Source: Alphaproteobacteria bacterium
Lineage (GTDB): Bacteria; Pseudomonadota; Alphaproteobacteria; RF32; CAG-239
NCBI GenBank assembly: GCA_044432975.1
Contig: JAWXUC010000001.1
Location: forward strand, 148,604-212,603
DNA: 64,000 nt
Direction of reading: 5' to 3'
In this document: piece after piece, positions 30,864 to 39,618 of the stretch
Layout: each line of letters opens with the position of its first letter
Numbering within the stretch: position 1 is the first letter of the stretch
The notes under the pieces: generated by a model
Told to the model about the DNA's origin: nothing
Databases searched by the model: none
Seen by the model: the letters and a program-made list of their open reading frames with translations, nothing else
Program-made: the position numbers and the translations under genes

Positions 30864-31278
30864 TACTATTTCTCCTAATATATGAATTTGTTGCTATTTC
30901 ATCCAACATTTTTTGAGTTTTAAGTTCTTCTTCTTTTAAAGTTGCTTTCAATCTATTTTCATCAACAATTTCAAAAGTCTTTTGTTCTTTAAACTCTTCT
31001 GTGATTCTTTCTTGTAATATATCTATTTGCTTTTTAATTTCAAGCAAAGCATTATTTAATTCACTTCTTTTTTCAATATAAAATTTTGTATATAAGCCAA
31101 AATCATAACTAGGCCCTATATTTTTTGCAATTTCTTTTTCTTTTAAAAAAGTTTGTTCTAATATTTTTAACGCATCAACTAATTGAGCTTCAACATCAAA
31201 AAAATTTCCTAACGTTTTTCTCAATTCATCAATTGCATTTTTTTTAACTCTCACTAATGTTTTTAATGCTTTTGTCAT
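30856..31278 (-). CDS. fliJ: Flagellar export protein FliJ (coiled coil).
   Basis: 140-aa coiled-coil protein immediately downstream of fliI and overlapping it. Confidence 0.5.
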   Translation of the reverse strand: MTKALKTLVRVKKNAIDELRKTLGNFFDVEAQLVDALKILEQTFLKEKEIAKNIGPSYDFGLYTKFYIEKRSELNNALLEIKKQIDILQERITEEFKEQKTFEIVDENRLKATLKEEELKTQKMLDEIATNSYIRRNSNV

Positions 31279-32609
31279 ACTGCCTTACTATTTAAAATAT
31301 TTTCCAAAATATCATAACATTCATCAAACCTAAAACATTCATTTTTTTCTTGCGATAAAAAGACCTCAATCTGAGGATAATAAAAAATAGCTTGATCAAC
31401 CTCTGGACTAGATCCTTTTTTATAAGCACCAAGACGAATAAGTTCTGCCATATCCTCATAAGTTGCAATATATTTTTTTGCCTGATTAACAATAGCATTT
31501 TGCCTATCATCATTACAATCAGGCATTGTTCTTGAAATTGACTTTAATATATTAATTGCAGGATAACGGTTTCTTTCTGCAATTGCTCTATCCAAAACAA
31601 TATGCCCATCAATAATTGAACGAACCGCATCCGCAATTGGCTCATTATGATCATCCCCATCAACAAGAACCGTAAACAAACCTGTAATTGTACCATTGCC
31701 TTGTCCAGGCCCTGCTCTTTCTAACAGTTTTGGAAGCTCTGAAAACACAGATGGTGTATATCCTTTTGAGGCTGGAGGCTCGCCAACAGATAAAGCAATC
31801 TCTCTTTGTGCCATAGCAAATCTAGTAATAGAGTCCATTAAACATAAAACATTTTTATTATCATCTCTAAAAAACTCAGAAACCGCTAAAGTTGTGTATG
31901 CCGCTTGACGCCTCATCAAAGGACTTTCATCAGAAGTTGCCAAAACAAGCACAGATTTTTTCAAACCATCTTCACCCAAAACGTCTTCAATAAACTCTTT
32001 TGCTTCTCGCCCTCTTTCTCCAATCAGACCAATCACTGAAATATCACAGTCCGTATTACGAGCCATAGAAGACATCATTGTAGATTTTCCAACACCAGAA
32101 CCTGCAAAAATCCCCATACGTTGACCTTTGCAAATTGTTGTAAAGGTATTAACCGCTTTTAGACCTAAGTCAACTTTACCAGCAACTCTATCTCTAAACG
32201 CCGCTGCAGGAGGAGATGCTTTTATTAAATAAGGAATTTTACCTTTAATCAAAGGACCTTTACCATCAAGAGGCTCACCAAAAGCATTAATAATCCTACC
32301 CAACCAAGAATGATGAGGATATATAATTGGCGCAGCATCAATAACCTCTACCTGACATCCCTTTCCTATTCCATCCATAGAAGCATAAGGCATAACCAAA
32401 ATATTATCTTCTTTAAAAGCCACAACTTCACAAGGAACTTTTTTATTTTGATTATTTATAACCAAACACCTATCACCAATAGACAAATTAGCATTTATTC
32501 CCTTAACTTCAATAAACAAACCTTGTACAGCACTAACAGAGCCAAAAAACTGCTCTGTTTTTATAACTTTTAATTCATCGACTATATTTTTTATAAAATC
32601 ATTTACCAT
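31275..32609 (-). CDS. fliI: Flagellum-specific ATPase FliI.
   Basis: Walker A GSGVGKSTMMSSMARN and Walker B LLDSITRFAMAQRE, with F1-ATPase beta-like fold signatures. Confidence 0.9.
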   Translation of the reverse strand: MVNDFIKNIVDELKVIKTEQFFGSVSAVQGLFIEVKGINANLSIGDRCLVINNQNKKVPCEVVAFKEDNILVMPYASMDGIGKGCQVEVIDAAPIIYPHHSWLGRIINAFGEPLDGKGPLIKGKIPYLIKASPPAAAFRDRVAGKVDLGLKAVNTFTTICKGQRMGIFAGSGVGKSTMMSSMARNTDCDISVIGLIGERGREAKEFIEDVLGEDGLKKSVLVLATSDESPLMRRQAAYTTLAVSEFFRDDNKNVLCLMDSITRFAMAQREIALSVGEPPASKGYTPSVFSELPKLLERAGPGQGNGTITGLFTVLVDGDDHNEPIADAVRSIIDGHIVLDRAIAERNRYPAINILKSISRTMPDCNDDRQNAIVNQAKKYIATYEDMAELIRLGAYKKGSSPEVDQAIFYYPQIEVFLSQEKNECFRFDECYDILENILNSKAV

Positions 32610-32679
32610 TTTTTTATCATTCTTTGCTATATAGCTAATTAATTATATATTATAACATAATATTTTTAGAGGGCAAGAA

Positions 32680-33171
32680 ATGAAACAGTTATTTTTTTTA
32701 TTGTTAGCAATTTTTTTCATAACAACAGAAGTTAAAGCACAAGAAGTTGAAGAGAGTTTAAGTCTTCCAAGAATGGTATCATTACGCTCTAGCTTAATAA
32801 ATGCAAGGTCTGGACCAGGAGCAAGATATCCCATTGATTGGGTATATATGCAAAAATCTGCCCCCGTAGAAATTGTTGCAGAATTTGAATTATGGAGAAA
32901 AGTTAAAGACTGGGATGGAGAAGAAAGCTGGGTTCATAAAGCAATGCTTTCATCACTTAGAACAGTCAAAATAATTAATTTAGGTGAAAATAAAATTTAT
33001 AAAAGACCATCTTTAAAATCAGAGGTTTTAGCATTAGTAGAAGATGGAGTTGTTGGTGAAGTTAAAGAGTGTCCAAAATCAAAAGACTTTTGCTTAATAT
33101 CTTTTGGAGAAATAAAAGGATGGATAGAAAAAAGTAATCTTTTCGGCATTTATCCAAATGAAGAAATATAA
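32680..33171 (+). CDS. Secreted bacterial SH3-domain protein.
   Basis: Signal peptide followed by an SH3b-like region (ARSGPGARYPIDWVYMQKSAPVEIV). Confidence 0.55.
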   Translation: MKQLFFLLLAIFFITTEVKAQEVEESLSLPRMVSLRSSLINARSGPGARYPIDWVYMQKSAPVEIVAEFELWRKVKDWDGEESWVHKAMLSSLRTVKIINLGENKIYKRPSLKSEVLALVEDGVVGEVKECPKSKDFCLISFGEIKGWIEKSNLFGIYPNEEI

Positions 33172-33176
33172 TAAAA

Positions 33177-33208
33177 AAAGCATTTCAAATAAAATGAAAT
33201 GCTTTTTT
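33177..33208. terminator. Bidirectional terminator between convergent genes.
   Basis: Hairpin aaagcatttc aaataaaat gaaatgcttt flanked by A6 and T6. Confidence 0.6.
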
Positions 33209-33223
33209 ATTAACTTTTAAAAA

Positions 33224-33835
33224 TTAAAATATACCAGAACCACCACTATTAGGACCAACATTTTGCGCTCCCTTAGCATCCATCATCTTCTTCATATCAA
33301 AAAGCTGTTCTGAAGTATAAAGTGGACCTTTTTTATCACCTTCACCCAAAACATGATCCATTGCATCTTTCATAGGATTTGGCTCATTTTCTTTAGCTTT
33401 CTCATTATCTTGATGCTTCTCTTCTGCCTTTTGCGCTTCATCTCTAACTCTATTTATCTCATCTATTCTTTCTTTTACAACATCTGTTGTTTCAACCTTA
33501 TTAATCATATTAGCTTTTAGACTACCAGGAAGATTAGTTGCATTAATTCTATCAATAACAGCTTGTTTTATGCTAGAAACAAATTCAGGATTATCAGGAA
33601 GTTTCTGCCCATGAGTCAAGGATGACTTCATTTCAATAGCTTCTTCACCATGAGCTTGAACATCACCTTTCTCACTAATATTAACTCCTGTTTTTGCACC
33701 ATTTTTATTAACAACATCATATTTGCCTGCAACAACATATTTTTCAACTTTAGCTTCACTGCCCATAAGATTAGCCTCTATAGCTTCTCTAGCATTTCTT
33801 TGCTCTTCTGTTTCTATTTGTTCTTCATCACTCAT
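33224..33835 (-). CDS. Hypothetical acidic hydrophilic protein (203 aa), probably disordered.
   Basis: Long ORF with no TM or signal peptide. K/E/D-rich with a G-rich C-terminus (GPNSGGSGIF). Confidence 0.4.
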   Translation of the reverse strand: MSDEEQIETEEQRNAREAIEANLMGSEAKVEKYVVAGKYDVVNKNGAKTGVNISEKGDVQAHGEEAIEMKSSLTHGQKLPDNPEFVSSIKQAVIDRINATNLPGSLKANMINKVETTDVVKERIDEINRVRDEAQKAEEKHQDNEKAKENEPNPMKDAMDHVLGEGDKKGPLYTSEQLFDMKKMMDAKGAQNVGPNSGGSGIF

Positions 33836-33965
33836 AAAAAGTCCTCCATAATTAATAACATATTATCATAAAATTAAAATAAAGTAAATAAATTAAACTT
33901 GACAAAAGGACAAAAATAAAATATTTCTTCAGACAAACAAAATTACAAATTAAAATTAAAAGAAA

Positions 33966-34307
33966 ATGAAAAAAATTATTTTACTAGCACTAACAATAAG
34001 TGCAACCCTAACCTCTTGTGGACAAACAACACCTACAAAAACAATGCCCAAAAGACTCTTTGAAAAAGAAAAAAAAGAAGTACCACCACCTCAAATAATT
34101 GGGCGAAAAGTACTTAGAGAAAGAACTTCTGTCAGAGATAAACATCACGGAGGAATCCATTATCAAGCATTTCCGCAAAAATACGTCCTTTTTGATGATG
34201 GAACAACTATGCAAATAGAAGACCCTTCCGCAGAAATAATGTTGATTGAAAAAGGCGATAGTATAGTTTTCTACAATGGTAAGATTAATGAAATAATCTT
34301 CAAATAG
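33966..34307 (+). CDS. Putative lipoprotein.
   Basis: Signal peptide plus lipobox LTSCGQ. Confidence 0.45.
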   Translation: MKKIILLALTISATLTSCGQTTPTKTMPKRLFEKEKKEVPPPQIIGRKVLRERTSVRDKHHGGIHYQAFPQKYVLFDDGTTMQIEDPSAEIMLIEKGDSIVFYNGKINEIIFK

Positions 34308-34308
34308 T

Positions 34309-34557
34309 ATGAAAATTTATTATATGTTATTCATACTTGCTTGCCTCATCTTTTTTCTTTGTTTATTTTTTTATTCAGAACATCAAGAAAGAAAAAGCTG
34401 GAAAAGACAAGAAAATGAACTAGATAATCTTTCTAATAAAGAATTAGAAAATTACTACAATCAAGTTCTCCACAAAGATTATGGTATATGGGGCTTTAAC
34501 ACTCATTACTACATTGTAAAACATTGTATGAGAAAAAGAGATTTAATAAAATGGTAA
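34309..34557 (+). CDS. Small membrane protein.
   Basis: One TM (MLFILACLIFFLCLFF). Coupled to the upstream lipoprotein gene. Confidence 0.3.
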   Translation: MKIYYMLFILACLIFFLCLFFYSEHQERKSWKRQENELDNLSNKELENYYNQVLHKDYGIWGFNTHYYIVKHCMRKRDLIKW

Positions 34558-34560
34558 AAA

Positions 34561-34590
34561 AAGCGTTGAGAAAAATCTCAACGCTTTTTT
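34561..34590 (+). terminator. Rho-independent terminator.
   Basis: Hairpin aagcgttgag aaaaat ctcaacgctt plus a T-run. Confidence 0.6.
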
Positions 34591-34718
34591 ATCCCCCCCC
34601 TCCCCAAAAAAAAGTCATCGCGCCTTAAAATTTATTTTAAGGCTGAGCGATCTTCAAATTTTATTGCGTTTTATAGCCATACAAAAAAGGAATGTCAAAA
34701 CTGTTTTTTACAAATTTC

Positions 34719-34747
34719 TTGCAAAATAAAAATGCTCATATATAATA
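34719..34747 (+). promoter_or_regulatory. Sigma-70-like promoter for the small-ORF/sRNA locus.
   Basis: TTGCAA-N16/17-TATAAT. Confidence 0.35.
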
Positions 34748-34772
34748 ATTTTGTTTTCTTTAAGGAAAGAAA

Positions 34773-34895
34773 ATGGTGTCTCAAAACATCTTTACAACAA
34801 CTTCACCTTTTAAAGGTGGAGTCCGTGATATAAGGCCTTGCACGAATAAACGGGACTGCGTTGTAACAGTTTTGAGCTCCACCACTGATTTATAA
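34773..34895 (+). CDS. Small ORF (40 aa), or a structured sRNA, with its own promoter and terminator.
   Basis: SD aaggaaag is 7 nt before the ATG. Encodes MVSQNIFTTTSPFKGGVRDIRPCTNKRDCVVTVLSSTTDL. The stop lies within terminator hairpin ccactgatttataaaaaattcagtgg, followed by a T-run ending near 34915. Confidence 0.3.
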   Translation: MVSQNIFTTTSPFKGGVRDIRPCTNKRDCVVTVLSSTTDL

Positions 34896-34938
34896 AAAAT
34901 TCAGTGGTTTTATTTTAACAAAAATAGGAGCTTTAAAA

Positions 34939-35088
34939 ATGAAGAAAAAAGATAAATTAAAATTTGAAAATATAAAACCAAATACAGATGTGGATTTTGA
35001 AACCTGCTACAAAATTGCCACACAACAAATCGCAGATTTACAATCAACCTTACAACAATTAGCCGCTACTTATAAAACAAAAACGTAG
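34939..35088 (+). CDS. Small ORF (49 aa).
   Basis: SD aggag is 9 nt upstream. Encodes MKKKDKLKFENIKPNTDVDFETCYKIATQQIADLQSTLQQLAATYKTKT. The stop codon is embedded in the downstream hairpin element. Confidence 0.3.
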   Translation: MKKKDKLKFENIKPNTDVDFETCYKIATQQIADLQSTLQQLAATYKTKT

Positions 35089-35155
35089 GGACATAGCGTG
35101 CTATGTCCACCAATAAAATAGATACTAAAAAGGGACGGCAAATCCGTCCCCTACG
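35084..35155. repeat. GGGGACG double-hairpin palindromic element, copy downstream of gyrA.
   Basis: Sequence cgtaggg-acatagcgtgctatgtcc-(AT spacer)-gggacggcaaatccgtccc-ctacg. The outer ends are inverted repeats. Confidence 0.55.
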
Positions 35156-35170
35156 ATTCAAGTAACAATA

Positions 35171-37912
35171 CTAAATTTCAATACCATCTTCAGATGTCAT
35201 ATCTTCTGGTGCTTCAACCACACCTTCAGCAATATCTTCATCGGTTGCATTTTCAATTTCATCATCAGAACCTAAATCTGCTTCTAAAGATGCAACCGAA
35301 ACAACACTTTCTTTATCGTCAATTCTGAATAATGTAACACCTTGAGTCTTACGCCCCGCAATCCTAATATCGCAAACTGGCATTCTGATTAATTTTCCAC
35401 CATCTGTTACCATCATAATTTGGTTATCTTCTTCAATTGGGAATGAAGATACAACCTCTTTATTACGAGCAGACATTTCCATGTTAGCAATACCAGAACC
35501 ACCACGACCAGTTGTGCGGTATTCATAAGAACTTGAACGTTTACCATAACCAGTAGATGTTACTGACAAAATGAATTGTTCTAATTCTTTCATTTTAGCA
35601 AATTTTTCTGGAGTTAACTTGTCAAACACTGGCTCACCTTCAGATTTACAAATTTTGAAATATTCATCACGTTCATCAAAGTTTGCTTCAGCATGGTTTA
35701 AGGTAGACATAGATATAACTTCATCACCTGCCCCCAACTTAATACCTCTAACACCAACAGAGTTTCTGCCAGAGAATACACGAATATCAGTAACAGGGAA
35801 GCGGATACATTTACCAGACCTTGCCGCCAATAAAATATCTTCTTCTTCATGACAAATTCTAACATTTACAAGCTTGTCTTGTTCTTCTAACTTCATAGCA
35901 ATTTTACCATTAGATTGAACATTAACAAAATCTGCCAAAGAGTTACGTCTTACTGTACCTTGAGAAGTCGCAAACATAACAAACATATCTTTGCAATCTG
36001 CCTCATTTTCTGGCAATTTCATAATTGTTGTAATAGTCTCACCTGCTTGAAGTGGCAACAAATTGATAAATGGCTTACCCTTAGAAGTTGGAGAACCCAA
36101 AGGCAATTTATAAACCTTCATCTTATAAACAATACCACGAGAAGAGAAGAACAATACAGGAGTATGAGTAGAAGATACAAACAAACGAGACACAAAATCT
36201 TCTTCTTTTGTTGCCATACCAGCTCTACCCTTACCGCCACGTTTTTGTGCTTTATATGCGTTAAGTGGAACACGTTTAATATAACCAGCATCAGAAACAG
36301 TAACAACCATTTCTTCACGTTGGATTAAGCTTTCAACATCAACGTCAAAGTCAATATCTTCAATAATAGAACGACGAGGAATTGCATATTCTTGTTCAAT
36401 TGCAATAAATTCATCTTTCATAATGCCATAAAGTTTTTCACGACTAGCTAAAATAGAAAGCAATTCTTTAATTTCTTCACCGATAGAGGTTAATTCTGCA
36501 TGAATTTTATCACGTTCCAAACCTGTTAATCTGTGTAATCTTAAATCTAAAATAGCTTTTGCTTGAGCTTCAGAAAGTGGATATAATCCATTTTCAACTT
36601 TTCTGTCTGGCTCGTCAATTAATTTAACTAATGGCTCAATATCTTTTGCATCCCAAGATTTTGCAAGCAATCTTTCTTTAGCAATTTGAGGGTTTGCAGA
36701 AGATTTGATTAATTCAATAATTTCATCTAAGTTTTCAACCGCAATCGCCAAACCAACCAAAGTGTGCGCTCTATCTCTGGCTTTGTTAAGATCATATATA
36801 GTTCTTTTTCTAATAACTTCTTCACGGAAAGCCACAAACGCAGCAATGATTTCTTTTAATGTCATCATCATTGGACGTCCGCCGTTAATTGCCAACATAT
36901 TCATACCAAAAGATGTTTGCAAAGAAGTAAATTTGTAAAGTTGATTTAATACAACATCAGCTTGAAAATCACGTTTGATTTCAATAACAATTCTCATACC
37001 TTGTCTATCAGATTCATCTCTAATATCAGAAATACCTTCAACCTTTTTCTCTTTAACAAGTTCTGCGATTCTAGTAATTAAAACAGATTTGTTAACCTGA
37101 TAAGGAATTTCGTGAACAATAATAGCTTCTTTATCTTTACGAATCTCTTCAATTGTGCATTTTGCACGCATAATAACAGAACCACGCCCAGTCATATAAG
37201 CAGATTTTGCCCCACTATAACCCAAGATAGAACCACCAGTAGGGAAATCTGGACCAGGAACAATACCGATTAAGTCATCAATACTAATTTCTGGATTTTC
37301 AATATAAGCACAACAAGCACGCAACACCTCCCCCAAGTTATGAGGAGGAATATTTGTTGCCATACCAACCGCAATACCACCAGCACCATTAACTAAGATG
37401 TTTGGAAATCTTGCTGGTAAAACTGTAGGTTCTTCAACAGACTCATCATAGTTAGGCATAAAATCAACAGTATCTTTATCAATATCTTCAATAAGTTGAT
37501 GTGCAACTTTTTGCAAACGAGCTTCAGTATAACGCATCGCAGCGGCACTATCGCCATCAACAGAACCAAAGTTACCTTGACCTTCAACAAGCATTAAACC
37601 CATAGAAAAAGGTTGCGCCATTCTAACCATAGCTTCATAAATAGAGCTATCACCATGAGGGTGATATTTACCCATAACATCACCGACAATACGAGCAGAC
37701 TTTTTATAAGGCTTATTATAATCATAACCGTTTTCATGCATAGAATACATAATACGACGATGTACTGGCTTTAAGCCATCGCGTACATCTGGCAAAGCAC
37801 GAGAAACAATCACACTCATTGCATAAGACAAATAAGATTGCTTCATCTCATCAACAATTTGAATAGGCACAATATTGTCAGTAGTTTCAATAACACTATT
37901 TTCTTCAGTCAT
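35171..37912 (-). CDS. gyrA: DNA gyrase subunit A.
   Basis: 913 aa with active-site region AMRYTEARL. The QRDR-equivalent region reads [17 protein letters not shown]. Acidic C-terminal tail. Confidence 0.97.
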   Translation of the reverse strand: MTEENSVIETTDNIVPIQIVDEMKQSYLSYAMSVIVSRALPDVRDGLKPVHRRIMYSMHENGYDYNKPYKKSARIVGDVMGKYHPHGDSSIYEAMVRMAQPFSMGLMLVEGQGNFGSVDGDSAAAMRYTEARLQKVAHQLIEDIDKDTVDFMPNYDESVEEPTVLPARFPNILVNGAGGIAVGMATNIPPHNLGEVLRACCAYIENPEISIDDLIGIVPGPDFPTGGSILGYSGAKSAYMTGRGSVIMRAKCTIEEIRKDKEAIIVHEIPYQVNKSVLITRIAELVKEKKVEGISDIRDESDRQGMRIVIEIKRDFQADVVLNQLYKFTSLQTSFGMNMLAINGGRPMMMTLKEIIAAFVAFREEVIRKRTIYDLNKARDRAHTLVGLAIAVENLDEIIELIKSSANPQIAKERLLAKSWDAKDIEPLVKLIDEPDRKVENGLYPLSEAQAKAILDLRLHRLTGLERDKIHAELTSIGEEIKELLSILASREKLYGIMKDEFIAIEQEYAIPRRSIIEDIDFDVDVESLIQREEMVVTVSDAGYIKRVPLNAYKAQKRGGKGRAGMATKEEDFVSRLFVSSTHTPVLFFSSRGIVYKMKVYKLPLGSPTSKGKPFINLLPLQAGETITTIMKLPENEADCKDMFVMFATSQGTVRRNSLADFVNVQSNGKIAMKLEEQDKLVNVRICHEEEDILLAARSGKCIRFPVTDIRVFSGRNSVGVRGIKLGAGDEVISMSTLNHAEANFDERDEYFKICKSEGEPVFDKLTPEKFAKMKELEQFILSVTSTGYGKRSSSYEYRTTGRGGSGIANMEMSARNKEVVSSFPIEEDNQIMMVTDGGKLIRMPVCDIRIAGRKTQGVTLFRIDDKESVVSVASLEADLGSDDEIENATDEDIAEGVVEAPEDMTSEDGIEI

Positions 37913-38030
37913 TTTTTTCTTTCTTTTTTAAGATTAAATTTATGTTTTATAATACAAGATAAGGAGCTAAATAAAAGCTTTTTTTAATGGTTATTAACAG
38001 CGCCACCAACTATTTTATTATCAAAAACAT

Positions 38031-38101
38031 GTAGGGGACGAGTTCGTCGTCCCTCAATAAATTAGCCATACAAAAAAGGGACGGTCAAGACCGTCCCCTA
38101 C
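38031..38101. repeat. GGGGACG double-hairpin palindromic element, copy upstream of gyrA.
   Basis: Sequence gtaggggacgagttcgtcgtccc-(AT spacer)-gggacggtcaagaccgtcccctac. The 10-bp termini gtaggggacg / cgtcccctac are perfect inverted repeats. Confidence 0.55.
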
Positions 38102-38116
38102 AAGTCATTGCGACAA

Positions 38117-38575
38117 TTAAAATGGAATATCATCGTCCAATTCTACAGATGTAGAGCTAGACGCTGGAGTATCCCAAGATGTTGTATTGTTATCTGCAAA
38201 TGGAGAAGCAGAAGCGCCACCACCATTTCTTGAATCTAACAAAATCAATTGAGAATTAAAGTTTTGCAAAACAATTTCTGTTGTATAATGTTTTTGACCA
38301 TCTTTATCCCATTCTCTAGTTTGCAATTGACCTTCAATATAAAGCTTAGAACCTTTTTTAACATATTGAGAAATCACATTAACCAAACCTTGAGAAAACA
38401 CAACAACTCTGTGCCATTCTGTTTTTTCTCTAGATTCATTAGTCGCCTTATCTTTCCAAGATTCAGACGTTGCGATTCTTAAATTTGCTACTTTATTACC
38501 ATTATTCATTGTAGCAATTTCAGGATCAGCTCCTAGATTACCAATCAACACAACTTTATTCAAGCTACCAGCCAT
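38117..38575 (-). CDS. ssb: Single-stranded DNA-binding protein.
   Basis: OB-fold N-terminus LNKVVLIGNLGADPE and the acidic tip DDDIPF. Confidence 0.9.
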   Translation of the reverse strand: MAGSLNKVVLIGNLGADPEIATMNNGNKVANLRIATSESWKDKATNESREKTEWHRVVVFSQGLVNVISQYVKKGSKLYIEGQLQTREWDKDGQKHYTTEIVLQNFNSQLILLDSRNGGGASASPFADNNTTSWDTPASSSTSVELDDDIPF

Positions 38576-38660
38576 TTTTTCATCCTTTACATATATAAGT
38601 TAATTTGCAAATATTATATAACATAAAACACTCTCTTAAAGCTTTTTATTAAGTTATTCA

Positions 38661-38690
38661 CAAAAAAAGAGGTGATTTTCATCACCTCTT
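38661..38690 (-). terminator. Terminator of the parvulin gene.
   Basis: Minus-strand transcript forms aagaggtgatgaaaatcacctctt followed by a T7 run. Confidence 0.55.
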
Positions 38691-38698
38691 ATAAAAGC

Positions 38699-39496
38699 TT
38701 ATTTCTTTTTTATTGGGTTACCTTTAACATCAAAAAGCTCTACAGTTGATGTTTCATAAAGATTTTTAAACTTATCAGCAATTGCTTTTTGTGTTGCAAG
38801 AGCTTTCAACTTTGGCTCCAAATCTTTCTTAGCTGCCAATTTAGAATTTCTAACATCTTCAACCTTAATTACATGATAACCAAACTGAGATTTTACAGGA
38901 GTTTTAGAAATTTCACCTTTCTTCATTGCAAAAGCGGCTTCACCAAATTCTGGCACCATCATTTGTTTTGTAAAATAACCCAAATCTGCAGGTTCTTTAG
39001 AATATTCTTTTGCAAGAGCAACAAAATCACCACCCTTGTTTATTTTTACAATAACTTCTTTTGCGGTTGCTTCATCAGCTACAAGAATATGTTTTGCTTT
39101 AATTTCTGGTTGCGATGTAAAAGATTTTTTATATTCTTCATATAAAGCATCAACTTCTTTATCTGTTACTTTAGGAGTAACAACTTTTTCTAAATAAATT
39201 TTACGAGCAAGTTCATCTTTTGCTGCTGCCAATTGTTTTTTATACGTTGCATCATTTTCAATACCATTTTTCTTTGCGTCTTGCAACAAAACAGTACCGT
39301 TAACAAACACTTCTAAAGCTTTTGGATAAAAATCTTCAAAAGAAACTTGTTCTTTTACCTGAGTATTATCATTATAAGCTTCTTTTAATTGCTCTATAGT
39401 AATTTTTTCTCCATTAACTACTGCTGCATTTTGAGCGCTAGCCAAAGATGTTGTTGCTAAAAGGACAGCAACACTTAAACCTAAAAATTTATTCAT
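38699..39496 (-). CDS. Secreted PpiC/parvulin-type peptidyl-prolyl isomerase.
   Basis: Signal peptide followed by a parvulin domain (KAKHILV...GGDFVALAKEYS...GYHVIKVED). Confidence 0.8.
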   Translation of the reverse strand: MNKFLGLSVAVLLATTSLASAQNAAVVNGEKITIEQLKEAYNDNTQVKEQVSFEDFYPKALEVFVNGTVLLQDAKKNGIENDATYKKQLAAAKDELARKIYLEKVVTPKVTDKEVDALYEEYKKSFTSQPEIKAKHILVADEATAKEVIVKINKGGDFVALAKEYSKEPADLGYFTKQMMVPEFGEAAFAMKKGEISKTPVKSQFGYHVIKVEDVRNSKLAAKKDLEPKLKALATQKAIADKFKNLYETSTVELFDVKGNPIKKK

Positions 39497-39618
39497 TTCA
39501 TTCTCCTTTATAACAATAATATAGAATTATTTTTTTAGAATACAACAACAAAAATTTGACAAAATAACATTTACTTTATCTTAAATTTATGGTATTATAA
39601 AGAAATAAAGGAACTCTT

